Positions 1 through 9,698 of a DNA stretch of 64,000 nt are shown piece after piece. The DNA is from Chryseobacterium gleum (GTDB taxonomy: Bacteria; Bacteroidota; Bacteroidia; Flavobacteriales_D; Sanyastnellaceae). Both the position numbers and the translations under genes were made by a program. The first letter of the stretch is position 1, and the number at the start of each line of letters is the position of its first letter. The notes beneath the pieces were generated by a model. It was not told the origin of the DNA and did not search any database. It saw only the letters and a list, made by a program, of their open reading frames with translations. Location of the stretch: positions 23,473 to 87,472 of the forward strand of contig CAMCHP010000002.1 in assembly GCA_945874695.1 (NCBI GenBank), given 5' to 3'.

Positions 1-89
1 AGTGTGAGTTGGAGTGTGAGAGCGAAAGAGCAAACCAAAATGCGTTTGGTCGTTGCATTTATGGCCAGAACATTGTTTACGCATCAGTC

Positions 90-176
90 TCGCTAGGAAC
101 GATAGCGACGGTAGCCACGGGTTTAACCCGTGGTTGCGGGGGCGCGTTTGAAACCAGAGTGCCGTAGGCACGGCAC
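90..176. repeat. Cluster of three short palindromes, REP-like (GTAG family)
   Basis: tcgcta-N7-tagcga (90-108); GTAGccacgggtt-t-aacccgtggttgc (111-137); gtgccgt-aggc-acggcac (159-176). The GTAG tetranucleotide at the foot of a palindrome is the hallmark of RAYT-associated REPs. Confidence 0.6.
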
Positions 177-240
177 CGAAATTCACGTGAGGCTATCGAG
201 CACAACGATGCGATGCACATCATCTGTTTTGATGAAAGAG

Positions 241-268
241 GTACGGGCGGAAAATTTTTCACCCCTAC
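241..268 (-). repeat. REP-like palindrome GTAGGGGTGAAAAATTTTCCGCCCGTAC
   Basis: Imperfect palindrome beginning with GTAG on the minus strand; resembles GTAGGGGCG...CGCCCCTAC-type REPs. Confidence 0.6.
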
Positions 269-308
269 GATTGCCCGCCCTCATGATTGCCCGCCCTTAC
301 GATCGCCC
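267..308. repeat. 16-bp tandem repeat, ~2.6 copies
   Basis: acgattgcccgccctc / atgattgcccgccctt / acgatcgccc, read directly from the sequence. Confidence 0.8.
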
Positions 309-410
309 ATATTTTACGCGTCGTTTTACCCATGCGATCTTCGCATCGTGCGGGGTTACACCAACCCCTCCCCGTTCTCAAGCTACGACCCCCGCGAGAA
401 TTGGGCAAGT

Positions 411-434
411 TTTAAACGTTTATAAACGTTTAAA
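411..434. other. Perfect 24-bp AT-rich palindrome TTTAAACGTTTATAAACGTTTAAA
   Basis: Identical to its reverse complement over 24 bp; function unknown. Confidence 0.85.
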
Positions 435-902
435 GTGAAGAAATCGAGATTTGACAAGCCATACTGCGGCGAAGGGCCGGTGTTGGTTTGAAAAGAAACA
501 GCCACAAACTTTTACTCCCCGCACACAAAGTTGTGGCCGCTGCGGCTTGCAAGTCCTCGGCCGAATCGCGATTTTTGGTCCATAGGGGAGGTGGGTATTA
601 ACCCGTGTATATACGCGCGACATGAAAGAACCCCAAGGCCATCCTTCGATGTGGGTTTTGGAGATGTACTCGAGGCAGCGTAAAACGTTTGTCCACCTCG
701 AGACAACGATTGAAGGAGCGCACCCATCCGCGCAGCGCAAAAAAAATCAGGTAAACTTTTTGAAACGCGTGTGATATGTTTACGCCGTGTGTGACCCCTG
801 CGCATTTCGTTGCGCGATTGCATGATGGGTCACACTAAACTCAAGTAGGGGCCTTGGTGTGTTGTCCATTGCGCCGAAAAGGGTCGGCATCAAAAATATG
901 TG

Positions 903-1418
903 CTACGATTTCCTTGCCTGCTTGTACACGGGTACGGTGCTGCAGGGTTCGCCGAACATCCACGTTTTTACTACGCCTTGCAACTGCGTGGTCAAAGCAA
1001 TGTACACCGATGCCGGTAGAACACGCTTCGAACAGCCTTTCACAACAACCCGTAAATCGGCGTATGCTTGCGGGTCAATGGTTCGGATGTAGGCGAGTAG
1101 ATAATCTTCCATGGCGCGCTCCGCATCGCCTTGCACCACGTGCAGCGCGACGCCTGTCAACTTGGATGTAACGAGCATGTAGGCCCACATGGGTATGAGA
1201 GCATCGGTGCTGCAAAACACACCGACGACATGGCCGCGGTAAGCTTCAAAGTCATGGGTTTTTACCCACTCCCGGAGATCTGCCTCACGCAAGGCCAAGC
1301 CTTGCCAAAGCAAGTCGGTAAAATCAATGACAGCAACGGGAGGATTGGGCAACAACGCTTCAGGGTCGAGCGACAAAATGCCGCTTTCACTGACTTTGTT
1401 TACAATCTCTTCACTCAT
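903..1418 (-). CDS. DUF2480 family protein
   Basis: EEIVNKVSESG...CSTDALIPMWAYML...VVVKGCS...MFGEPCSTVPVYK pattern typical of Bacteroidota DUF2480; ATG overlaps the dxs stop (TGATG). Confidence 0.8.
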   Translation of the reverse strand: MSEEIVNKVSESGILSLDPEALLPNPPVAVIDFTDLLWQGLALREADLREWVKTHDFEAYRGHVVGVFCSTDALIPMWAYMLVTSKLTGVALHVVQGDAERAMEDYLLAYIRTIDPQAYADLRVVVKGCSKRVLPASVYIALTTQLQGVVKTWMFGEPCSTVPVYKQARKS

Positions 1419-3358
1419 CAACCCACACGTTTTTCAGCGGCGCGTTCGATGCCCACCATTTGGGCTGCAGTAGCAACCATGGCCGCAGTATCGTATCCGC
1501 ATTCCTTATACAATTCGTCTTGCGAACCGTGTTCAATGTAGCGGTCAGGAACACCTAAGCGTTTGATTTGTGCGTGGTAGCCGTTGTCGGCCATGAATTC
1601 AATCACGGCACTTCCGAAGCCACCTTGAATGCATCCGTCTTCGACGGTAATCACCTTGTCGAATTTGGCGAACACTTCATGGAGCATGAGCTCGTCGATT
1701 GGTTTCACAAAGCGCATGTCGTAGTGCGCCGCGTGAATGCCCATCTCTTCGAGTGTTTCGCATGCTTTGCGCGTGTAATTTCCGATGGCGCCGATGGTCA
1801 AGAAGGCTACATCAGAGCCATTCTTAATCTTGCGGCCGGTTCCAACCTTCAATGCGCGCAAGGGTGTTTTCCATTCGGTCATGACGCCGTTGCCTCGCGG
1901 GTAACGGATGCTGAATGGACCGTGGTCTTCGGCTTGCGCGGTAAACATCAAGTTGCGCAGTTCTTCCTCATCCATCGGGGCTGAAACCACCATGTTCGGA
2001 ATCGAGCGCATGTAGGCGAGGTCATACGTTCCGTGGTGGGTAGGACCATCGGCACCAACCAAACCGCCGCGATCAAGGCAGAAAACAACTTGCAACTTCT
2101 GAATGGCTACGTCATGAATAACCTGATCGTAGGCACGTTGCATGAATGAGGAATAGATGTTGCAAAAAGGAATCAAGCCTTGTGTTGCCATCCCCGCCGA
2201 GAATGTCACTGCGTGCTGTTCGGCAATTCCGACATCGAAGGCTCGGTCAGGCATGGCATCCATCATGAACTTCAATGAGCAACCTGAGGGCATCGCGGGC
2301 GTTACACCTACAATGCGCGGATTGCGTTCAGCAAGTTCAATGATGGTATGGCCAAACACGTCTTGAAACTTCGGGGGTTCAGGACTTTTCGGTACGACTT
2401 TAATAATCTCTCCTGTTTCTTTGTTGAAGAGGCCGGGAGCGTGCCATTGGGTAGGCGAACCTTTTTCAGCGGGTTCGTAACCTTTCCCTTTCATGGTCAC
2501 ACAGTGGAGTAGTTTCGGGCCTGGAATATCTTTCAAGTCGCGAAGCACCTTCACCAAGTGTTCTACATCATGGCCATCGATCGGGCCGAAGTAGCGAAAG
2601 TTCAATGATTCAAACAGGTTGCTTTGTTTGAGCAATGCACCTTTTACTGCGTTCTCAATCTTCTGCACAATGGCTTGCGCATTCGGACCGAACTTGCTCA
2701 CTTTGCCCAACAAATTCCACACCTCATCTTTCACCTTATTGTAGGTATGAGAGGTCGTAATGTCGGTGAGGTACTCTTTGAGTGCGCCGACGTTTGGATC
2801 AATGGACATGCAGTTGTCGTTGAGGACAACAATCATGTTGGTGTCTTCGACGCCGCCGTGATTTAGGCCTTCGAAAGCCAAACCGGCGGTCATTGCACCG
2901 TCGCCGATCACAGCAATGTGTTGACGCTCGGCATCGCCTTTTACGCGGCTCGCGACCGCCATTCCGAGGGCTGCGGAAATACTTGTTGATGAGTGGCCCA
3001 CACCGAAGGTGTCAAATTCACTTTCGGTACGTTTCGGGAAACCTGAAACGCCCTTGTAGATGCGGTTTGTATGAAAAACAGATCGCCGCCCGGTAAGGAT
3101 CTTATGTCCGTAGGCTTGGTGCCCAACGTCCCACACCAATTGATCGTACGGTGTATTGAATACATAATGCAGCGCTACGGTAAGTTCGACTACGCCGAGG
3201 CTCGCCCCAAAGTGGCCACCTTTTTCAGAAACGACATCGACAATAAACGAGCGAAGTTCGTCACACAACTGTGGCAGTTCTTCTTCTGCGATTTGGCTTC
3301 TGAGATCGGCGGGAACATTGATCTTGCTCAGAAGGGGGCCTGCGGGGTATTCGCTCAT
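1418..3358 (-). CDS. dxs: 1-deoxy-D-xylulose-5-phosphate synthase
   Basis: GGHFGASLGVVELT, WDVGHQAYGHKILTGRR, TPP motif IGDGAMTAG...LNDN, DVGIAEQHAVT, DRGGLVGADGPTH. ATG at 3358 preferred. Confidence 0.97.
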   Translation of the reverse strand: MSEYPAGPLLSKINVPADLRSQIAEEELPQLCDELRSFIVDVVSEKGGHFGASLGVVELTVALHYVFNTPYDQLVWDVGHQAYGHKILTGRRSVFHTNRIYKGVSGFPKRTESEFDTFGVGHSSTSISAALGMAVASRVKGDAERQHIAVIGDGAMTAGLAFEGLNHGGVEDTNMIVVLNDNCMSIDPNVGALKEYLTDITTSHTYNKVKDEVWNLLGKVSKFGPNAQAIVQKIENAVKGALLKQSNLFESLNFRYFGPIDGHDVEHLVKVLRDLKDIPGPKLLHCVTMKGKGYEPAEKGSPTQWHAPGLFNKETGEIIKVVPKSPEPPKFQDVFGHTIIELAERNPRIVGVTPAMPSGCSLKFMMDAMPDRAFDVGIAEQHAVTFSAGMATQGLIPFCNIYSSFMQRAYDQVIHDVAIQKLQVVFCLDRGGLVGADGPTHHGTYDLAYMRSIPNMVVSAPMDEEELRNLMFTAQAEDHGPFSIRYPRGNGVMTEWKTPLRALKVGTGRKIKNGSDVAFLTIGAIGNYTRKACETLEEMGIHAAHYDMRFVKPIDELMLHEVFAKFDKVITVEDGCIQGGFGSAVIEFMADNGYHAQIKRLGVPDRYIEHGSQDELYKECGYDTAAMVATAAQMVGIERAAEKRVG

Positions 3359-3408
3359 AGCTGAAAAATTAACGGGCACACATTTTACCCGATTACACGA
3401 ACATCAAA

Positions 3409-3416
3409 CAAAAGTA
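3409..3416 (-). promoter_or_regulatory. Bacteroidota -7 promoter element (TACTTTTG) for dxs
   Basis: Matches TAnnTTTG, ~50 nt upstream of the dxs start. Confidence 0.55.
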
Positions 3417-3452
3417 GCGAATTAATGTTCGGACGCACAGGCTGATGTACGC

Positions 3453-4145
3453 TTAGTGCGCAACGAGGCCGAGTATCGACTCGAAAATTGCCCGGCCGTC
3501 AACATTGGTTAAATCCAAGTCAGCAGCGCGCTCGGGGTGCGGCATCATTCCAAAAACATTGCCTTGTTTGTTCATTACACCGGCAATGTTTTGGATCGAT
3601 CCGTTCGGATTCGCTTCTTCAGTAACGTCGCCATTGACGTCGCAGTATCTGAAGAGCACTTGATCGTTCGCATTCAATTCATCGAGTACCGCTTGAGCAG
3701 CATAGTAATTGCCTTCTCCGTGCGCGATTGGAATTTGAAGCGGCTCTGTTGGATTGAGCCTTGCCGTAGGCAATGCAATTTTTGATTGCGGGATGAGGTG
3801 AACGTTTTTGCAAACGAATTTGCGATTTGCGTTGTGCAAGAGCGCACCGGGAAGCATCCGCGCTTCGGTGAGCACTTGAAATCCATTGCAAATTCCCATT
3901 ACATAGCCGCCGCGGGTTGCGTGGGCCATTACTTCATCCATGATTGGTGAGAAGCGTGCTATGGCGCCGCTGCGGAGGTAATCGCCGTAGCTAAATCCTC
4001 CTGGCAATACAACAAAATCAACGCCCTTGAGGTCGTGATCTTTGTGCCATAGACGCTCTACTTTTTGACCGAGGAGATTCCCCAAGACGTAGACCATGTC
4101 TTCATCACAATTGGAACCAGGGAAGGTGACAACACCAAATTTCAT
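3453..4145 (-). CDS. purQ: Phosphoribosylformylglycinamidine synthase subunit PurQ
   Basis: FPGSNCD, LPGGFSYGDYLRSGA, GICNGFQ (catalytic Cys), PIAHGEG, GMMPHPER. TACTTTTG at 4162-4169 supports ATG 4145. Confidence 0.97.
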   Translation of the reverse strand: MKFGVVTFPGSNCDEDMVYVLGNLLGQKVERLWHKDHDLKGVDFVVLPGGFSYGDYLRSGAIARFSPIMDEVMAHATRGGYVMGICNGFQVLTEARMLPGALLHNANRKFVCKNVHLIPQSKIALPTARLNPTEPLQIPIAHGEGNYYAAQAVLDELNANDQVLFRYCDVNGDVTEEANPNGSIQNIAGVMNKQGNVFGMMPHPERAADLDLTNVDGRAIFESILGLVAH

Positions 4146-4193
4146 GGACAGTAATTTGCTACAAAAGTACAAAAAAGCGGTGGCCTAAAACGC

Positions 4194-4240
4194 AAAAAAG
4201 CGCTCAGACTCCACGGCAATTTGCAGCTGAGTCTGAGCGC
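4194..4240 (-). terminator. Intrinsic terminator after the 899-aa gene
   Basis: 12-bp stem gcgctcagactc/gagtctgagcgc followed by a T-run on the minus strand. Confidence 0.7.
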
Positions 4241-4271
4241 CATAAGCTCATTTGCGTTGTTTTTAGGCCAA

Positions 4272-6971
4272 CTACTGGCGTAAAATCTTGTAGGTGTGGC
4301 GTTGGCCTGTTGCCGTGTTTTGAATCGTAACCAATACGGTTGGTACGCTGCGAATCACGTTTAAATTCAAGCGTTGGCTGCCATAACGACCTTCCATCGG
4401 CGCGATTAAGCGTTGGCCGAGCATGTTGTAGACATCGATGCGGTAGTCGCGCACATCGCTGTGCCCGAAGTTGATTACCGTGAATCCTTCACTGGCGTAA
4501 ACATTAACCTCATCGGCAATTGAAACGTCATCAACGCCCACGCCTTGTTCAACAATAACTACCAATTGATATACCCCGCTGCACTCATCATTTGAAGCAT
4601 TGAGCGTTACAATGAAGTTTCCTGTTTGCGTGAATGTGTGTGACGGGTTTTCATCGGTTGATACGGGGCTGCCATCACCGAACGTCCAGGTAAAGTTTGT
4701 TGCACCGTCGGTGAAGTTGGTGAAATATACCGTAGCTGTTCCGTTCTGAAGATTGACAATTTGCTGATCCACTTCAAAGAGGGCAGCAACACTGGGTGCC
4801 GCATCGATGGTCATAGACTGCCCAATCGTGCATCCGTTACCGTCGGTAACCACCACAGCATATTCGCCTGCTTCGAGACCCGTGCGGTTCGCATCGGTTG
4901 CCCCGTCGTTCCAAAGCACGCTGTAGTCACCCACACCTCCTCCAAAGTCTATTGAAATGGTGCCTGTATTTACTTCGTCGCAGCCGAGTTCAGTTGTGCT
5001 CCCGCTTAAGAACAGTGGTTCAGGTTCAATTACCTCCACTTGGGCTGAGAGCGAGCCACATTGTTCAATGCCTGTAACGTTGATCGTGTACCATCCGGCC
5101 GTTAGGCCTTCAACCAAAAAAGCTTGTTCAACGCTCACTTGGCTGCCGAGCACGTTGCCGTCGCCGTCGAGCCAGAAGTAGCTCCATGGCCCCGCGCCAA
5201 TGCCGTCAATTTCGATTGTTCCGGTAGCGCCGGCATTGCACAAGCTTGCCGTTGGCTCCGCTGTGATTGGCGGCGAAATGTGGAACATAAAGCGCGGAGC
5301 TTGACTTACGACATCGGTGAAAAACTCAATGGTTTCAGTTTCATTCACGGGGTACAGAATGCCCGTGTTCAAATCTTCGATGTACATGCAGCGATCGGTG
5401 ATCTGCGGCACGTTTTGCAAGGTCAATACAAGCGGGCCAATTTGCGTAGAGGTGAGAATAATAGGCACCGCCACGGCCTCGTCGCTGTAAGGCACGTGGT
5501 TGATTGCAAGTGAAATATCGTCGGCTGAACGGCTTGCAATGCTTGAGATTGAAGTGCTGCTGTAGTATTTGTAGGCATCGAGCGCTGTGTCAAAGTTTGT
5601 TGTTGCACCTTCAGCCAAAGCGATGATCATTTCATCGCCCAATCCCAATCCTGTGATTCGAAGCTTCAAAAACTCGTTAGTTGTATTCACGGGCGAGGTT
5701 GTTTCGGCGATTTTCGCATTCTCGTTGATGGTCAAAACTGGGTTTTCAGCATACGATTGAATCCAGAAGGCCTCGCCACTGCGAATGAGTGGTGAACCGC
5801 CGTTTACACCGTATCCGTTTGAATAGGTGCGGAATTGGTTCAAGCTCACATCCCACACATAAATTGCACCGAGCACATTTTCTTTCACCCAGCCGTCTTG
5901 GCTATCCCATGAAATATTTGATGGGTATGGGTTTGCAAGCACATTCATGCCATCTGAAAGCGGTTCACCCGTTCCAGTAAAGTAAATTGGGAGGTCGAAT
6001 TCTCCGGTTACTGGCGTGCCTGTAACGTCAAAAACGTATGTGCCTGAGTTGGCGTATACATAGTAACCCAAACCTGGAGTAATTGGGTCATCCGAAGTCA
6101 ATACAGGAATGAAAGCAGCGCCGCTATTGTCAGCAGCCTCGTCATACGTTCGAATGCTCACAAAACTGTGCGCGGGGAAATCAGCTCCAACAAAGCCAGT
6201 TGTTACAAAGTCGTCATTCCATTGTCCGATGGTTGCCTCTGTGAATGGCGTACCAATAGTTAGCCAACCGCTATTTCCTGCAACCACGGTTCTTTCATAA
6301 GATATATTTCCGGTCAACGTTCCGTCATTCAAAGAAGCAATTGAACCACTTTTCGAGGCACCACTGCTGCGCAAGCTGAGCAAGTCGTTGGTGTTTACGT
6401 TCGACCCTCCTTGAATGTTGAGTACATCGTAAACATCGGTTGTTCCATTGAGGGTTAAGTCAAGACCGCTGTTGACCACAACGGCATTGAAAGCATTTAC
6501 CCCGTTGACTTGTTGCACTTCTTCTCCTGCGAAGTTTACCACACCAATGCCCCGTGTAAAGGTGCCTTCGTTGGTCCAGTCGCCACGTACAATGAGTGTG
6601 CGTTGAATTTCGGCAGACATTCCGAACGTTGCACCGGCCTCAATTAACAAGTGATTCACGCTGGCGTTGTTTGCCAAGTTCATAATGTGTCCGGTTGAAA
6701 CGATCACGTCATGCCCGTCGTTGGGTATGCATGTGCAATCCCAAACCCAAGGCTGCGTCCAGTTTCCTGAAGCAATGCTGCGCACTTCAACAGCTGCGGC
6801 AGCTGCCGGGGGCTGGGGTAAGATGCTAATTTCATTGATGGGTTGAGCGGGTTCCGTTGATGCCGTGGGCATCGCAGGCTGCGTTTCGGGGAAGTAAGTT
6901 CCTTGCGCAAAGGAGGGTGCTGCAAGAAACAGTGCAAATACCGAAGCACCAAGTTGTTTAATTCGCTTCAT
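4272..6971 (-). CDS. Secreted surface protein: G8-like N-terminus, SprB-type repeats, PKD domain, divergent T9SS type A-like CTD
   Basis: Signal peptide; SIASGNW..PWVW...VIVSTGH (G8-like); GTISIDFGGGVGDYSVLWNDG...GLEAGEYAVVVTDGNGC (SprB repeat); WTFGDGS...ENPSHTF (PKD); IDVYNMLGQ...YKILRQ C-terminus. Confidence 0.7.
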   Translation of the reverse strand: MKRIKQLGASVFALFLAAPSFAQGTYFPETQPAMPTASTEPAQPINEISILPQPPAAAAAVEVRSIASGNWTQPWVWDCTCIPNDGHDVIVSTGHIMNLANNASVNHLLIEAGATFGMSAEIQRTLIVRGDWTNEGTFTRGIGVVNFAGEEVQQVNGVNAFNAVVVNSGLDLTLNGTTDVYDVLNIQGGSNVNTNDLLSLRSSGASKSGSIASLNDGTLTGNISYERTVVAGNSGWLTIGTPFTEATIGQWNDDFVTTGFVGADFPAHSFVSIRTYDEAADNSGAAFIPVLTSDDPITPGLGYYVYANSGTYVFDVTGTPVTGEFDLPIYFTGTGEPLSDGMNVLANPYPSNISWDSQDGWVKENVLGAIYVWDVSLNQFRTYSNGYGVNGGSPLIRSGEAFWIQSYAENPVLTINENAKIAETTSPVNTTNEFLKLRITGLGLGDEMIIALAEGATTNFDTALDAYKYYSSTSISSIASRSADDISLAINHVPYSDEAVAVPIILTSTQIGPLVLTLQNVPQITDRCMYIEDLNTGILYPVNETETIEFFTDVVSQAPRFMFHISPPITAEPTASLCNAGATGTIEIDGIGAGPWSYFWLDGDGNVLGSQVSVEQAFLVEGLTAGWYTINVTGIEQCGSLSAQVEVIEPEPLFLSGSTTELGCDEVNTGTISIDFGGGVGDYSVLWNDGATDANRTGLEAGEYAVVVTDGNGCTIGQSMTIDAAPSVAALFEVDQQIVNLQNGTATVYFTNFTDGATNFTWTFGDGSPVSTDENPSHTFTQTGNFIVTLNASNDECSGVYQLVVIVEQGVGVDDVSIADEVNVYASEGFTVINFGHSDVRDYRIDVYNMLGQRLIAPMEGRYGSQRLNLNVIRSVPTVLVTIQNTATGQRHTYKILRQ

Positions 6972-7037
6972 AGTCGTTGTTTTAAGTCGGCGCTAGATCT
7001 TGCGCTACTCCGCTTCTACGCTACGAATACAGAAAGG

Positions 7038-8000
7038 TTACAACTGAAAACTCGACCAAAAAAACAAGAGTGCCCCCGCGACAAAATATAGGATGAAAAG
7101 CACCCTTTGCAGGTTTCGTATCCTCGCAGTAAAAGGCCAAGGGAAAACCCAGGCCGCCGGAAAAGCCACGAGGGTTAGGGCGGCCCAAGCATTTCCTGGG
7201 TAAATGAACACGCTGGCTGCGACTAGGCCCCCAGCGAACATAACCAATATCGCTTTCGAATTCTTCGATTTATTGCTGCTTGAACCGAAAGCATTGATTA
7301 AGAAGCCAAACCCCAACAGCAAGCCAAGTACAAAAACAAGCAGTGGAATGATGTCGCGCAGTTCAGGCACAAATGGCGGCTGCGTTGACAGCCGGTGGTA
7401 AACAAGATCAAATATGGGCAACTCAAACAGCCACAACACTACTATACTTATTGCCGGTGGCAATACAAAACCCATTACCGGTAAGGTAAGCTCGCGCCAT
7501 TTCGCTGCACGGGTGTACAATATCGCAGCGAGCAAAAGCAAACCTGACACTGCAAAAACACCATCAAATAATGCGGCGACCCCAAATAAGAACCCTGCAT
7601 TGAAATAATGCGCCGTTCCATCGTTCTGGCGGTATACTTTCAAGGTGGCATTCAATCCTGGAATGAAGAACAAGCCTCCCAATAATATCGGCCCAACGGG
7701 CAGAGCAACAGGCAAACAGCACGCTATGAATACGAAAAACCAGCCGGCTAAGTTGTTTCGTCCAGGCACCAACTCATGCCGATTGAAAAGCCCGTTCATC
7801 AATAAACCATTGACGACAATCACGGCAAAGTGAAAATAAACTCCAAGCCGAAGGTTTAATGCTTGCGGAAGTGGCGCGTTATACGGATCTTGCCCCAATT
7901 CAACCCTGCCCAAAAGCAGATGCAAAACAAGGAAGATCAGCCCTGTAAGCGGAATGATTGCCGATGCAATGGGTTGGTTTGAACGAAGCAAGTTGAGCAT
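7038..8000 (-). CDS. Polytopic membrane protein (DUF6427-like)
   Basis: Many hydrophobic helices; YRQ...FNAGFLFGVAALF and WREL motifs; position next to purD as in Flavobacteriales. Confidence 0.6.
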   Translation of the reverse strand: MLNLLRSNQPIASAIIPLTGLIFLVLHLLLGRVELGQDPYNAPLPQALNLRLGVYFHFAVIVVNGLLMNGLFNRHELVPGRNNLAGWFFVFIACCLPVALPVGPILLGGLFFIPGLNATLKVYRQNDGTAHYFNAGFLFGVAALFDGVFAVSGLLLLAAILYTRAAKWRELTLPVMGFVLPPAISIVVLWLFELPIFDLVYHRLSTQPPFVPELRDIIPLLVFVLGLLLGFGFLINAFGSSSNKSKNSKAILVMFAGGLVAASVFIYPGNAWAALTLVAFPAAWVFPWPFTARIRNLQRVLFILYFVAGALLFFWSSFQL

Positions 8001-8086
8001 ACGAAACCTGTCAGCGGGTTAAATTACAGTGAAAGATTCGGTAGAATCTCATTGCTTTGGTTATTTTTGCAAAAAACTCTTTGGTT

Positions 8087-8275
8087 ATGAACCTTCAGCA
8101 GATTTTAGATCCGATTGCCAAACTCGTTAATGAAACCTTCATCACCATTCTTGTTCCAATCAGTGACCTCGTAAATTGGGCGGTGATTGCATTGGGCTTT
8201 GTAGGCTTGGGCCTTTGGATCAAAATGCAGCAATCGTACACTGCGAAGGCCAAGCGCGATAACACGCTCGTTTAA
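8087..8275 (+). CDS. Small membrane protein (DUF6341-like)
   Basis: 62 aa with one TM segment, NW.VIALGFVGLGLW...Y.AKAK..NT; TATTTTTG -7 element at 8062-8069. Confidence 0.6.
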   Translation: MNLQQILDPIAKLVNETFITILVPISDLVNWAVIALGFVGLGLWIKMQQSYTAKAKRDNTLV

Positions 8276-8283
8276 GCAAGCTT

Positions 8284-9603
8284 TTACTTCACGTCTTGAG
8301 GTGCACTTTGGCGTGTGCCTGCTTTCGTTTTAAGCAAGTCTACTCCGATGTCTTTGCGGTAGTACATTCCGTCGAAATGTACCGCACGTACCGCCGCGTA
8401 AGCGGTGTCAAGCGCATCTTCTAAATTCGCCCCCAAAGCCGTCATGGCGATCACGCGGCCACCCGCCGTAACATCTTTGTCGCCTTGTTGCTTCGTTCCT
8501 GCATGGAACAATACCGCATCATCAGGCAAAGTGCTCACCGTAATTTCTCGGCCTTTCGGATAATTCCCCGGATAACCTTCCGAGGCAATTACAACCGTTG
8601 TAGCCGTGCGATCATCGAGTTGAAGGTCACACTCTGAAAGCGTACCGGTTGCAATGCCCTCAAACAGGTGCAACAAGTCTGACTTAATGCGTGGCAATAT
8701 CGCCTCTGTTTCAGGATCACCCAACCTGCAGTTGTACTCTATCACATAGGGGTCGCCCTGTACCTTCATCAATCCGAAAAAGATAAAGCCGGCGTAAGGA
8801 ATACCTTCCGCCTCTAAGCCCTTCACGGTAGGAATAATAATTTGGTTCTCAACCTTTTGCATAAACTCTGCGTTCACGAAGTGAACAGGAGAAACGGCGC
8901 CCATGCCCCCGGTATTCAATCCGGTGTCTCCTGCGCCAATGCGCTTGTAGTCTTTGGCTTCAGGCAAAATCTTGTAAGAATGCCCATCGGTAATCACAAA
9001 CATTGAAACCTCAATGCCCTTCAAAAACTCTTCGATCACCACTTTTTTTCCTGCTTTGCCAAAAGCTGAATCAAGCAGCATGCTGTTCACCGTTTGTTCT
9101 GCTTCTCGCAAGTCATTGGTAATGATCACGCCCTTGCCAGCGGCCAAGCCATCGGCCTTAATCACATATGGCGGCTTCAAGCTATCGAGAAAGGCGCGCA
9201 CCTCGCCAATGGATTTCTTATCGAAACTTTTATAACGCGCCGTGGGAATGTTATGGCGCTCCATAAAGCGCTTCGCAAACTCTTTGCTGCCTTCCAAGCG
9301 TGCACCCGATTTACTTGGACCAATCACGGTGACCTTTGCTAAATGGGGATTAGCTGCGAAAAAATCGAAGATGCCTTCAACCAAAGGTGCCTCTGGTCCC
9401 ACCACAACGATGTTGATTTCTTGCTGCAACACGAACTCGCCAATGGCCTTAAAATCAAGCGCATCCAAAGCTACGTTCGTGGCTACCTGTGATGTACCCG
9501 CATTGCCGGGTGCAACGAAGAGGGTCGAAAGAAATGAGCTTTGTGCGAGTTTCCATGCCAAGGCATGCTCGCGACCGCCTGAGCCCAAAATCAAAACATT
9601 CAT
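8284..9603 (-). CDS. purD: Phosphoribosylamine-glycine ligase
   Basis: LILGSGGREHALAW, VVGPEAPL, LEGSKEFAK, KADGLAAGKGV, GLNTGGMG, EYNCRLGDPE. ATG 9603, with TAATTTTG at 9621-9628. Confidence 0.97.
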   Translation of the reverse strand: MNVLILGSGGREHALAWKLAQSSFLSTLFVAPGNAGTSQVATNVALDALDFKAIGEFVLQQEINIVVVGPEAPLVEGIFDFFAANPHLAKVTVIGPSKSGARLEGSKEFAKRFMERHNIPTARYKSFDKKSIGEVRAFLDSLKPPYVIKADGLAAGKGVIITNDLREAEQTVNSMLLDSAFGKAGKKVVIEEFLKGIEVSMFVITDGHSYKILPEAKDYKRIGAGDTGLNTGGMGAVSPVHFVNAEFMQKVENQIIIPTVKGLEAEGIPYAGFIFFGLMKVQGDPYVIEYNCRLGDPETEAILPRIKSDLLHLFEGIATGTLSECDLQLDDRTATTVVIASEGYPGNYPKGREITVSTLPDDAVLFHAGTKQQGDKDVTAGGRVIAMTALGANLEDALDTAYAAVRAVHFDGMYYRKDIGVDLLKTKAGTRQSAPQDVK

Positions 9604-9698
9604 GTTACGTGTGTTTCGTGCAAAATTAGCACTTTGCAGGGGTGCACCAACACGGGTTTTCAACAGGTGTTGATCACGAGTGCTTACCTTCGCACAAA

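Noticed and set aside
178..193. parS-like core TTCACGTGA
   Set aside because: The flanks do not match TGTTTCACGTGAAACA; single copy with no parAB nearby.
77..823. Several 50-106 aa ORFs in the first 0.9 kb, including an unlisted 50-aa ORF at 622-774
   Set aside because: No recognisable motifs; they overlap one another in different frames and run through REP-like palindromes.
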